Of a stretch of 35,983 nucleotides of DNA, positions 16,127 to 24,980 are shown one piece after another. Position 1 is the first letter of the stretch. The number at the start of each line of letters is the position of its first letter. The notes beneath the pieces are model-generated. The model was not told where the DNA came from. It was given only the letters and a program-made list of their open reading frames with translations, and searched no databases. Position numbers and translations under genes: made by a program. This stretch comes from a virus: the IMG/VR virus record IMGVR_UViG_3300045988_044847, positions 1 through 35,983 of that record, one strand, 5' to 3'.

Positions 16127-18470
16127 ATTGAGTTTTTACGTTATCGTCATAAGTAGGCGCGTTCTGCGAATCAATTACACGTTTGCCTGTCCAGCCTTTT
16201 GCGGTCGTTTGGTTGTACGATCCGCAGAGGGTTATATCTCCGTATGTGGTTAAAGTCCCCGCGTTTACTTTTGCATCGTCCTTCATTCTCAACACTCCCG
16301 AAATAGTTACGGAGGACGTTAAAGAAGCGTTATCGCCCATAAAGAGATCGCACTCTACTGAACCGATTCCGGTTGGCGATAGAACGGCGTTATCGGCAAC
16401 CTGCACCACTCCTAGCGTTGCTACATCTCCCAGATTGACGCTTCCATTTTCGGTTACGCGCAAATTTCGTATGACATTTGTTCCCGCTGTTTTGATAAAC
16501 TTAGCATTGTCATTCATAAAAACAGAACCAGCTATAAGTAGCCCAGACGCAACAGAGTTACTTCCGAAATAGCCCGAACCTGTGACACTAGCATTGACGA
16601 GTGTAGCATTATCCTCTACTCTGATATTGCCTTTCATGTTAACAGCCGTTGCTCCTGTGTTCACGATCTTACAACCGTTGTACACCGTTACGGTTACGCC
16701 TGCAAGGTCTGCGGGCGTGATCGGGCTACCGTCAGATTTGGAAAATCTGACAAATGCCTTCATGTCAGTCAGCGCCTCCGCGGGTAATGCTTCCGCCCCC
16801 GATCCAAATCTCGTTATAACATTATTTTGATCTACTAGGAACAAAAGCGCCACGAATCCCGCGGGCAAATTGTTAACAGTCAGACCTTTAGCGCCATTAA
16901 CGCGGAACGGGATCGGCGTACTTACAAATTGCGGTATGGTAACTATGGCACCAATCGTTGCACCCACTGATGTGGCACTGAAATTCCCTTGAACCACCCG
17001 CGGTTGAACGTTCAGAACCCGTGCCAATGGGTGGCTACGCACTTTGTTACCGAACACGTTAGTACCTGCGAAATCAAACGCGCCCTTAAGATACGCGTCG
17101 GCGTAGATGGTTGTGCCGTATGTTGCTGCGCCGCCTGTCATGTTTAGAGACTTGACACTATCGTGTGCTTCTGCCAATGCGCCGAACAATGACCCGGTTG
17201 TAGAATACAAACGGTACATTCCTTCAACTTCCGAACTAGCAAGTATTTCACCGGATGCGATAGCTTTGCCCAAATCAGATTGAGCCTTTGCAAAATCAAT
17301 GTTCTTGTACGTGTTGGCTATCTGCGCATGATGGTAGAACCTGCCGTTTGGAACGTTACAACCTTGGAAAATGAACGGCGTGTTAGCCGTTTGCGCTGAT
17401 GCCAGACCCGGAAAGATCGTAGACGATACGGCGAAGTTATCACAGTCGTACGCCTGAATCAGTGAGCGCGCCGCCTCGTTCCAATTGGATGTAACATTAC
17501 CTGTAAACGCCAAATTGTAAACGTCACGATAAATACCTACCGCCTGCGCGTCTGCTGTTGTCGCGTCGATCGAGGCGCTTACATTCACAAGTTCAGTTAG
17601 CAGGCGGACCATACGCGCCGTTGACATGTGAGAATTTATAACCACCTTAGAATTCTGTATAACGCTATCGGGGTATTTTACGCCCGACGCTACTGTATAA
17701 GTTCCTCCGGGTCTTATTGTGATGATCCCAGAACCGTTCGCCGGATTCAGTTCTAGACGTGAATCAACTATGACTAACTTAGTTTCATACGTTCCGGTGA
17801 ACTTGATTTGTGCCGCCGTCGCGTCAGCCGGAGCGATACTCGCCGTCGGGTTCTTCGCCAGTCTTAGCGTGAAATACTGACCTGCTGGAACTGCCAACGT
17901 TACACCCGCCCCAGTGTTAGTTGCCGCCGTAGCTGTTAAACCTACGCCGTCACGATCCAAAACGTACGCCTGTACCGTGTATCCCGGCACACCCAGTTTC
18001 AGGGTAGCGGCTACCCCGCCCATAAAAATCGGGGCTTTTAACCTGACACTGCTTGCGCTCCCCGCTTTCCAAGTATCCCAGTTTGTACCCGCTGAATAGC
18101 TTAGATTTCCCTGCTCAAAGTCCGCCGCCGATAACACTAGCCCGTCTACCGCGCCTAAACCAACGGTAAACTTAACAGGCGCACCAACTACGGTACTAGT
18201 CCCTAAAATGTCAAGGTTAGCCGATCCGGTCACGTCCGGTGCTGCCTCTCCTACGTCTACGATCGAATCTCCTCCGATCCGTGCGCCAGGAAAGTTAAAG
18301 TTGCCCCTAAACAGCCAGCACGCGCCGTCCTGCGATAATGTTTTCTCGTCGTACACGATGCCGCCCACGTCGCCAATATTGACGTACCGGTCTTGCACCC
18401 GCCACGAACGAAGGGCGCGTACCCTCTTGTCGCTCCCTACTGTAATGATCTCATACTTTTTTAAACCCAT
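16116..18470 (-). CDS. Tail fibre/spike protein, 784 aa, with two carbohydrate-binding-like domains and beta-helix-type repeats at the C-terminus
   Basis: Domain copies lie at aa 113-224 and about 490-597. The C-terminal part has repetitive N/G/V-rich segments of about 18-20 aa (NIRVEDNATLVNASVTG..., VIRNLRVTENGSVNLG..., LRMKDDAKVNAG). Confidence 0.6.
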   Translation of the reverse strand: MGLKKYEIITVGSDKRVRALRSWRVQDRYVNIGDVGGIVYDEKTLSQDGACWLFRGNFNFPGARIGGDSIVDVGEAAPDVTGSANLDILGTSTVVGAPVKFTVGLGAVDGLVLSAADFEQGNLSYSAGTNWDTWKAGSASSVRLKAPIFMGGVAATLKLGVPGYTVQAYVLDRDGVGLTATAATNTGAGVTLAVPAGQYFTLRLAKNPTASIAPADATAAQIKFTGTYETKLVIVDSRLELNPANGSGIITIRPGGTYTVASGVKYPDSVIQNSKVVINSHMSTARMVRLLTELVNVSASIDATTADAQAVGIYRDVYNLAFTGNVTSNWNEAARSLIQAYDCDNFAVSSTIFPGLASAQTANTPFIFQGCNVPNGRFYHHAQIANTYKNIDFAKAQSDLGKAIASGEILASSEVEGMYRLYSTTGSLFGALAEAHDSVKSLNMTGGAATYGTTIYADAYLKGAFDFAGTNVFGNKVRSHPLARVLNVQPRVVQGNFSATSVGATIGAIVTIPQFVSTPIPFRVNGAKGLTVNNLPAGFVALLFLVDQNNVITRFGSGAEALPAEALTDMKAFVRFSKSDGSPITPADLAGVTVTVYNGCKIVNTGATAVNMKGNIRVEDNATLVNASVTGSGYFGSNSVASGLLIAGSVFMNDNAKFIKTAGTNVIRNLRVTENGSVNLGDVATLGVVQVADNAVLSPTGIGSVECDLFMGDNASLTSSVTISGVLRMKDDAKVNAGTLTTYGDITLCGSYNQTTAKGWTGKRVIDSQNAPTYDDNVKTQYDF

Positions 18471-18474
18471 AACG

Positions 18475-19155
18475 TTATGATTTATAATGTTTTTTCATCT
18501 CTGCCTTTTGTTTCTCGTTCTCTTCGTGACGCTTAGATAGTGCCAACATCGCATCCAGATAGTTGATCCGCTTCGCCTCCTCGAACGTGCATTTGAACAA
18601 TTCCGCCGTAGCCTGTACGAGCGTCAGGACGTTCTTCGCCTCCTTGATCGGATCATCTTCCGGTGTGCTCCCGGCATCGAAAGGGAATAGGCGTTTTTCC
18701 AGCCCGTCCGCGATCTCTATCTGCTCCTTGATGTACTTCATAGCACACAGCAAATGGTAGATGTTATCCGGCGCGTATTCGCTTGGCTCGTGCTCTATCG
18801 GCGTACACCACTTCGTCACCTTCTCGCTCGCCGTCTCGGAGCGCCTAGCCTCGATAACCTGCCATAGCGTTACGTCCTCGATACGCGGTATGCGGTACAC
18901 GAGATTTCTATTTTTAACTATAAAAGGGTCACCCTTGACGTACTCCGCCACCGCGTTTAATGTCGCTGCTTGGTCGGAAGTTAGGGCGCCCTTGTAATTC
19001 GGATGCAAGTTACAAATAAATTCCAATTGCTTGGCGTTGTAACGCCTACATATTTTCCACCACAAGCGACGAAAGACGTTTTTAATCTTTCCTTGCCAGT
19101 TGGTTTGCTCGTTCAGGATCAGCCACTCCACACCATAAAACGCTGTTTTACTCAT
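18475..19155 (-). CDS. Hypothetical late protein, 226 aa (start moved from TTG 19161 to ATG 19155)
   Basis: MSKTAFYGVEWLIL... No recognisable motif. Confidence 0.6.
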   Translation of the reverse strand: MSKTAFYGVEWLILNEQTNWQGKIKNVFRRLWWKICRRYNAKQLEFICNLHPNYKGALTSDQAATLNAVAEYVKGDPFIVKNRNLVYRIPRIEDVTLWQVIEARRSETASEKVTKWCTPIEHEPSEYAPDNIYHLLCAMKYIKEQIEIADGLEKRLFPFDAGSTPEDDPIKEAKNVLTLVQATAELFKCTFEEAKRINYLDAMLALSKRHEENEKQKAEMKKHYKS

Positions 19156-19297
19156 ATTCAATCAGTTCTAGTTCCTCGTAATAATGCCACTCTTCAACGT
19201 TCGACCCGTCCCATTGTACGACCACGCCCAGCACCCCAACGTCTGTGACTGTCCCGGCGTAATCGTATTTAATGCGCACTCGGTCGTCTAATCTCAC
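19148..19297 (-). CDS. Possible 49-aa GTG-initiated ORF (VRLDDRVRIKYDYAGTVTDVGVLGVVVQWDGSNVEEWHYYEELELIEYE)
   Basis: It exactly fills the gap between two genes, with a GTGA overlap upstream and an overlap with the downstream ATG. It is below the track cutoff and has a non-ATG start. Confidence 0.3.
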   Translation of the reverse strand: MRLDDRVRIKYDYAGTVTDVGVLGVVVQWDGSNVEEWHYYEELELIEYE

Positions 19298-19488
19298 AAC
19301 AGGATGCCGATCCGTTCAGCCAGAATATCCGAATATTGACGCATGGCACCGCATTGAGATACCAACAGTTCCCGGTTACGTTCGTCTAGGTTTTCAAAAC
19401 GGGGAGATCCGATGAATGCTTCAAGTTTTGCAAGTTTGTCGTCCAGTTCTTCACGTTCTACGATAAGTCTCTTCTTAAAATCTTCCAT
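19294..19488 (-). CDS. Small helical protein, 64 aa
   Basis: MEDFKKRLIVEREELDDKLAKLEAFIGS...; ATG start 23 nt after a TAGATTTG motif. Confidence 0.6.
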   Translation of the reverse strand: MEDFKKRLIVEREELDDKLAKLEAFIGSPRFENLDERNRELLVSQCGAMRQYSDILAERIGILL

Positions 19489-19516
19489 TTCTTTATGTTT
19501 TTAAATTTATGCAAAT

Positions 19517-20689
19517 CTAATCATTTCTCGCGTACTTCGGGCGGTATTTACGTATAAGGTAGTCAACGCCGTAACGGATGGCGTCCCAAGCGTGGTTATA
19601 GGCGTCTATCGGCTCGTTCGTATATGTGTCCGTCAGGTTGTCCTTGACGTACGTATAATTGTCAGCCTCGTCCAGCACGTTCGTACTACGCTTCGTCACG
19701 AATATATTGAACTGTTTCACCTGCTGTATGCCCGCCTTGATCGACCCTTTGCCCTTGATACAGGGAAACGTGTTGCAGCCTAGCCCGCGTAGCTCTATGA
19801 TCGACTTCTGCTCCGCGTTGTCGCATATCGTCATGGTCCGGTGCAGTCCTTCGTCCTTGAGACGCTCGGCAATCGTGCGGTTCAGCATCTTCGTCTCGTA
19901 ACAAACCTCGTCTATGTACAGGTTCATTCCCCGCATGTAGATTTTGACGATAGCGGTCGGGTCGTTCTGGAAGCCAAAATCAAGCCCTGTAACGAACTTT
20001 ACGTCCTCACCCGACAAATCCTCCGGCAAAGCGTCGATCGTCTCAATTTGGGGATATACGAGCCCTTCCAGCCCGCCTGTCAGCCCTTCACCGTACACGC
20101 GCCACCAATTGGCGTCCTTGGCGTTCCGTTCGATCGCCTCTATTTGCTGCTTGGATAGGTACGGGTTATCCTTATAGGTTGAGTGGATCGTTACGTACTT
20201 GTCGCCTGTGAAGTCCGTCTCGCCCCAGAAGCGCCGCACCGGGTTGAAGTCAATGATAACCTTAAGCGTGGTACGCACGTCCAACTGCCGGAATATCTCG
20301 CGGGGTACCCGTTGCGCCTCGTTGATGAAAAGAATGTCACGCGCCGGACCGTGTACCTTCGACGCGTTGTCACACCCGAAAAACTCGATGCAGACGCCCG
20401 GCTTCACCGTGTAGATCAGATCGGACTTGTTGAGGGCGTTATCGTCCCAGACCCCCTCGTCTAGCAGCATGTTCTGGAAGTCACGGAACATACCGCGCTT
20501 CACGGCTGGGAGCGTGTCGGTAACGCAAGAGATCATCAGAGGCTCGGTACTTTCGTTAGCAACCAAATAGAGGAGCTGTAACACACTCCACGTCTTAGAG
20601 GAACGCGTACCGCCTTTGCTCGCGATACCTCTTATATAGGGATCGCAAAACGGCTCTATCATCTTGTTAAATACATAGGTACAATTCAT
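19517..20689 (-). CDS. terL: Terminase large subunit (PBSX/Terminase_3-like), 390 aa
   Basis: Walker A-like KGGTRSSKTWS and Walker B/catalytic DILFINEAQ. Nuclease-domain acidic motifs are TGLDFGFQNDPTA, ICDNAEQ and HAWDAIRYG. Confidence 0.9.
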   Translation of the reverse strand: MNCTYVFNKMIEPFCDPYIRGIASKGGTRSSKTWSVLQLLYLVANESTEPLMISCVTDTLPAVKRGMFRDFQNMLLDEGVWDDNALNKSDLIYTVKPGVCIEFFGCDNASKVHGPARDILFINEAQRVPREIFRQLDVRTTLKVIIDFNPVRRFWGETDFTGDKYVTIHSTYKDNPYLSKQQIEAIERNAKDANWWRVYGEGLTGGLEGLVYPQIETIDALPEDLSGEDVKFVTGLDFGFQNDPTAIVKIYMRGMNLYIDEVCYETKMLNRTIAERLKDEGLHRTMTICDNAEQKSIIELRGLGCNTFPCIKGKGSIKAGIQQVKQFNIFVTKRSTNVLDEADNYTYVKDNLTDTYTNEPIDAYNHAWDAIRYGVDYLIRKYRPKYARND

Positions 20690-21378
20690 TATTTATCGTC
20701 CTCCTTGTGATCCTTTTTAAAGTTCTTAATCGAACTAACCTTTGCGCGTACTTTCGGATCGGTTACGTTCACGGTCAAGCCGCCCTTGATGGCTTCGCCG
20801 TTAGACGTGTAGTCCATCTGCGTTTTAATGCCCCGCAGGGCGCGAACATAATTAGCGTCGAACTGTCCCACCGTCGCGCCTTGATCGAGGTCCTGCGCGA
20901 TGGCATCGCGTATCTTATCAATCACTTCTATAAAGTCCGCGCATATCGTCAGATCGAACTCCTTAAGGTTCTCGGCGTATACGGACCGTCTCTTATTTAA
21001 ATACCCGGGACTTGCCCCCAGGAACATACAGAACTCACCTTCCGATTGAAGATGCTTCTTCGGCACTTCGTAGAGCGTCCCCGCCATGTTGCCGGACTTG
21101 ACCGCCTCTTGTGTTATAACTGGCGTAGCCTCGCACCAAGCCGAGTAAATCGCGTAGGCTTCCCACAGTTCTTCCGGCTCTTGCCATATCGGCGTTTGAC
21201 CGAAGTGCGCCGTAGCTAGCTGGTAACACTTGGTGTAGTTGAACGAATCCGCCAAATACTTGGTAGTCGCGTATGTGGGGGCTAGATGGAAGTGCGCGTA
21301 ATCCGGTCTAACCTTCTCGACTTTTGGCAGCTGCACCGCCTCCTTAGTTTCTATAATTTCTTTCTTCTTTATAGCCAT
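20689..21378 (-). CDS. Candidate terminase small subunit, 229 aa (start trimmed to MAIKKKEIIE)
   Basis: First gene of the late operon, with a 1-nt overlap to terL. The call is by position only. Confidence 0.4.
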   Translation of the reverse strand: MAIKKKEIIETKEAVQLPKVEKVRPDYAHFHLAPTYATTKYLADSFNYTKCYQLATAHFGQTPIWQEPEELWEAYAIYSAWCEATPVITQEAVKSGNMAGTLYEVPKKHLQSEGEFCMFLGASPGYLNKRRSVYAENLKEFDLTICADFIEVIDKIRDAIAQDLDQGATVGQFDANYVRALRGIKTQMDYTSNGEAIKGGLTVNVTDPKVRAKVSSIKNFKKDHKEDDK

Positions 21379-21400
21379 ACAATTTTTATTTACAACTATA

Positions 21401-21408
21401 CAAAAATA
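21401..21408 (-). promoter_or_regulatory. Candidate -7 element TATTTTTG 22 nt upstream of the first late gene (no properly spaced -33)
   Basis: Minus strand reads GCGTATTTTTGTATAGTTGTAAATAAAAATTGTATG. A second -7-like TAGTTTTG lies at 21445..21452. Confidence 0.3.
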
Positions 21409-21636
21409 CGCTTTTTCCGCCCAAAACGCGTCATTTACGCCTATCAAAACTATCGTTTACACCCAAAACCCCGATGAACAGGGCGTTTCAGACCTAGTGT
21501 AAACGATGAAAAGATAAAAAGACGTTTTCCCTTATAGATATATTTTAAAAAATACCCCAAATTAATTATTTAAAATAACAATAGTATATTTATGTTAACT
21601 ATATATATACTTATTAATAGTTACTAACTAGTATAT

Positions 21637-21738
21637 ATCTTTATATCTTTTACAAATACACTATATTACAGTATAAAGTACTATAAATAAGCATGTTAAG
21701 TGTGAAAGATACAAATTTTAACCATTTACATCAAAAAC
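21637..21738. repeat. Conserved intergenic element, copy B (partner 1362..1464); core 21695..21730 GTTAAGTGTGAAAGATACAAATTTTAACCATTTACA
   Basis: See copy A. The alignment is ungapped. Confidence 0.8.
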
Positions 21739-21939
21739 TTGAAAAATGCGTTCTGCGTCCTGGGGGGCTGGTCAGGTGTAAAACATGAAATGGCAATGTA
21801 AAAGAGGTTTTTCACTACTTTTTTGTCAAAAACACGCTTTTTAGTTAAAATACCGTTAAATTCGAGCATTCTCTCTAAAAAGTTTTCTCTCACAAAGTTT
21901 TTTCCGAAGTGCACCAAAAGCGTGTTAACGATTTTAACT

Positions 21940-21973
21940 AAAAAAGGGATTAACGTTTTTATACATTAACCCC
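21940..21973 (-). terminator. Intrinsic terminator of the early operon
   Basis: Minus strand reads GGGGTTAATG-TATAAAAA-CGTTAATCCC followed by TTTTTT. This is a 10-bp stem (two G-U pairs) starting 8 nt after the TAG stop of the last early gene. Confidence 0.65.
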
Positions 21974-21980
21974 TCAATTC

Positions 21981-22520
21981 CTACATAACCAACCCGTATA
22001 GAACTTTCCAGTCGTTCAAAATTTCTTTACACTTCCACTTCTCCGCCCTTTCTATGTTTTCCCATCTCAAAGTACGGTGGTTCATCTTGTCTAGTGTCCT
22101 GCTACCATCACAGTACATATTCACCCTGTACAGCATTGAAACCTCTATGCCGTATTTGTTCGTCTCGGTGTCTTTGCTCGGATATATCGGGCGTTCTATA
22201 TCGTCATTCTCGTAAGGCCCCACGCGCTTCTTGTCCTTGTCACGGTATAACATATTCTCTACTGTCGGTATGCGTTCGGGATCGGTTCGGGTGTTCCTGT
22301 CGTCCCGTACCTTGCTTGCCTCGTAAATTATATCCCGGATCACCTCACAGAATATCTCGGCGTTTACCATGTGAAACGGTTTGCCCTTCACTTTGGCGTA
22401 CTTCACGCCGTTCGCCTCAAGCCAGTTGAATATAAAAAACGCATGAAGATTATAAACGCGCGCCATGTCCTCAACTAATAAAACCCTTCTCTGTTTCTTC
22501 TTTATATATGGTGTCGGCAT
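21981..22520 (-). CDS. Hypothetical early protein, 179 aa (last gene of the early operon)
   Basis: ATG ORF. No recognisable motif. Confidence 0.65.
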   Translation of the reverse strand: MPTPYIKKKQRRVLLVEDMARVYNLHAFFIFNWLEANGVKYAKVKGKPFHMVNAEIFCEVIRDIIYEASKVRDDRNTRTDPERIPTVENMLYRDKDKKRVGPYENDDIERPIYPSKDTETNKYGIEVSMLYRVNMYCDGSRTLDKMNHRTLRWENIERAEKWKCKEILNDWKVLYGLVM

Positions 22521-22521
22521 A

Positions 22522-22620
22522 TTATAAGTTATTTAAGATACATACTAAAACACAACCAAGCGCGATCCCCGCCACAATTGCCAGGACCATTTGCCCCAGC
22601 ATTTTCAATCCGTCCTTCAT
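22522..22620 (-). CDS. Tiny single-TM protein, 32 aa (MKDGLKMLGQMVLAIVAGIALGCVLVCILNNL)
   Basis: ATGA overlap with the upstream stop. Its stop lies 1 nt before the next ATG. Below the track cutoff. Confidence 0.4.
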   Translation of the reverse strand: MKDGLKMLGQMVLAIVAGIALGCVLVCILNNL

Positions 22621-22904
22621 AGTTTCAACGCTTCTTTAAGTTCACCGATCAAACGGAGCGCCTCAACTCTCGATAAGTCCACCCGTTGTTGCGGCTCCTT
22701 CTTCCGGTATATCGTAATGGTCGTTATTTCCTTCGCGTTCCTCGGTATGCGCTCGGCGTAAACCTCCACTTTATCGGGCGCGATCTTTGTAATACGTTCG
22801 CACTGCGGTTTACCCTCTTTCCCTAGGGCTGTCTTGAAACGGCCCGTTGCTTTCTGCATCTCTTCAATCTGTCTCATCTCAAATAAGTAATTCATATTTT
22901 CCAT
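22617..22904 (-). CDS. Hypothetical early protein, 95 aa (start trimmed to MENMNYLFEM)
   Basis: The track's N-terminal extension overlaps the two-TM ORF 22910..23080. The internal ATG at 22904 removes the overlap. Confidence 0.6.
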   Translation of the reverse strand: MENMNYLFEMRQIEEMQKATGRFKTALGKEGKPQCERITKIAPDKVEVYAERIPRNAKEITTITIYRKKEPQQRVDLSRVEALRLIGELKEALKL

Positions 22905-22909
22905 AACTT

Positions 22910-23080
22910 TTAATTTAATAACATTCCTATAAAGCTTAACACAAGGGCCGCCCATCCAAGCGCCATACACAACAGATAGAAAAAATCTACCAGACGGGGC
23001 TTATCAAAAACCGCAGCCCCCGCCATACCGATAAAACTTGATGCCGCTGATATAATAAGGGCTACTATTGCTGTTTCCAT
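22910..23080 (-). CDS. Small two-TM membrane protein, 56 aa (METAIVALIISAASSFIGMAGAAVFDKPRLVDFFYLLCMALGWAALVLSFIGMLLN)
   Basis: It fills the gap between neighbouring genes exactly. Below the track cutoff. Confidence 0.45.
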   Translation of the reverse strand: METAIVALIISAASSFIGMAGAAVFDKPRLVDFFYLLCMALGWAALVLSFIGMLLN

Positions 23081-23083
23081 AAC

Positions 23084-23359
23084 TTAAAATATTAAATTGA
23101 TTAAATACCCTATCAAATAGTCCAGCCCTAACACCAGCATAACGCCGTGCCCGATCGCCCCGCCAACCGCGGTTAGGAGGAAATCTACGAAGTCGGCTTT
23201 CCCGCCGTACAAATGATCCTTAACTTCCATGCCCAAACCTACGCCCGTAGTGAACGGAGCACCACACACCGCGCCTAACGGGATGGCAAAAAGGAAATGT
23301 TTCCACCGGTTCGAAGCCATCCACCACTCTAATAATTTTTTGTAATTTGTTGTTTTCAT
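23084..23359 (-). CDS. Membrane protein, 91 aa (2-3 TM)
   Basis: Hydrophobic segments are HFLFAIPLGAVCGAPFTTGVGLG and FLLTAVGGAIGHGVMLVLGL. Confidence 0.65.
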   Translation of the reverse strand: MKTTNYKKLLEWWMASNRWKHFLFAIPLGAVCGAPFTTGVGLGMEVKDHLYGGKADFVDFLLTAVGGAIGHGVMLVLGLDYLIGYLINLIF

Positions 23360-23595
23360 AATTTCTCTATTTTTGTTACATTAACATCCATTTTCCATGC
23401 GAAAGGTACGGTACCTTTATTTAGCTTGCACTTCTCGCACGCTTCATCTGTCAAGGTGCAGAATATAGAAACTACTTGAGGCCCTATCGGCTCGTACAAA
23501 TAACTCCCCAGTCTTCTGTTAAACCCTAGGTATTTGTAATGCACTCCGTCGACTAATGCGACTATACCACCCACCTTATAATTTGACTTCTTCAT
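23356..23595 (-). CDS. Hypothetical early protein, 79 aa
   Basis: ATG ORF with 4-nt overlaps to both neighbours. Confidence 0.6.
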   Translation of the reverse strand: MKKSNYKVGGIVALVDGVHYKYLGFNRRLGSYLYEPIGPQVVSIFCTLTDEACEKCKLNKGTVPFAWKMDVNVTKIEKL

Positions 23596-24980
23596 ACTCT
23601 ATATTTTTTAATCAGTTCCTTAACCATATCCATTAAGCCGTTTTGTGTATCCGCCTTTCCGCTTAGCGCGGCTATGACCCGCTCGTCTATCGTGCCCTTC
23701 GTTACGATGTGGTGGACAAACACGCTATTCTTCTGTCCCTGCCGCCATAACCGCGCGTTGAACTGCTGGTATAACTCCAAGCTCCAAGTAGTACCGTACC
23801 AGATGATCCGGTTTCCTCCCTTCTGCATGTTCAGACCGTGACCCGCGCTAGCCGGGTGTGTCACTAATACGGGTATCCCCCCATCGTTCCACCTGCGTAC
23901 GCTCTCCACTCCTTCCAGGGCTTCCGCACCAAAACCTTTCAAGGCTTCCAGTATCCGCGCCTTCTCATGCTGGAAGTTGTACGCCACCAGCACGGGCGAC
24001 CCGTTCGCGGCTTCCACCATCTCAACCAACGTTTCCAGCTTCTCGTCGTGCACGGTTCGTACGTTCCGGTCCGCGTCGTAAACAGCGCCGCCCGCGAACT
24101 GCAAGAGCTTGTTTGATAGGGCGGCGGCGCTTAGTGCGGTGATCTCGGCATAGTCGTAGTTGGAATCCCTTAGTAGCTGCAAAACCTGTTCTTCTTCAAA
24201 CTTGTCGTACATCTTCTTCACTTTGGCGGATAGTTCTACATAGTTGTTCACGTATGTAAGTTCCGGCATATCCAGGAAGTCTAACGCCTTCATTGAAAGA
24301 GTTATGTCCGCTATCTTCTCACCTAATACCGCCTCGGTTGTTGCAAGCGGTTTGTACTCGTAAACGATCCCGCCGTTTTGCGCTCCCGGTCTGAAGTAGT
24401 TAGCCCTGTAATCGGTTATCGTCTTTCCTAACCGTTGCCCGCCATCGACTAAATACATTTGCGCCCATAGGTCTATTAATCCGTTCGGTGCGGGCGTACC
24501 GGTCAGACCCACCACCCGGCTGACGCTCCGGCGGATAATCTTCGCGGCTTTAAAGCGTTTAGACTGATGGTTCTTGAAAGAAGATAGTTCGTCTAGTACT
24601 AACATGTCGTACGGCATTTTCGACCCGCCCCACATCTGCAAGAGCCATACGAGATTGTCGCGGCTCACCGTGTAAACGTCAGCTTCCGCCCGTGCGGCGA
24701 TCTCGCGTTGCTTAGCCGTGCCCTTAATGACTGACAAACGCAGGTGACGGATGTGCGCCCAGTTCTCGATCTCGTCCCCCCATGTCATTTCGGCGACGCG
24801 CTTTGGCGCTACGATCAAAACCTTAGTTACCTCGAACTCGTTTATTAGATCGGCTACGGCTGTTAGCGTGCTTACCGTCTTTCCTAGTCCCATATCAAGG
24901 AATAGAGCCGCGTCCGGGTGCTGCTTGATGTGCTCGACGGCGGTACGCTGGTATCCGTGTAGATTACTTCTCTGTAACAT
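23592..24980 (-). CDS. SNF2-family helicase/ATPase, 462 aa
   Basis: Motif I DMGLGKT, motif II LVLDELSSF, motif III GLTGTP and motif VI QQFNARLWRQGQ. Confidence 0.9.
   Translation of the reverse strand: MLQRSNLHGYQRTAVEHIKQHPDAALFLDMGLGKTVSTLTAVADLINEFEVTKVLIVAPKRVAEMTWGDEIENWAHIRHLRLSVIKGTAKQREIAARAEADVYTVSRDNLVWLLQMWGGSKMPYDMLVLDELSSFKNHQSKRFKAAKIIRRSVSRVVGLTGTPAPNGLIDLWAQMYLVDGGQRLGKTITDYRANYFRPGAQNGGIVYEYKPLATTEAVLGEKIADITLSMKALDFLDMPELTYVNNYVELSAKVKKMYDKFEEEQVLQLLRDSNYDYAEITALSAAALSNKLLQFAGGAVYDADRNVRTVHDEKLETLVEMVEAANGSPVLVAYNFQHEKARILEALKGFGAEALEGVESVRRWNDGGIPVLVTHPASAGHGLNMQKGGNRIIWYGTTWSLELYQQFNARLWRQGQKNSVFVHHIVTKGTIDERVIAALSGKADTQNGLMDMVKELIKKYRV

Noticed and set aside
21726-21917. 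63-codon minus-strand ORF in the large non-coding region upstream of the late operon.
   Set aside because: It starts with TTG, begins right after the early-operon terminator and overlaps the conserved intergenic element. It has no promoter or coupling to neighbours, so I treat it as non-coding.
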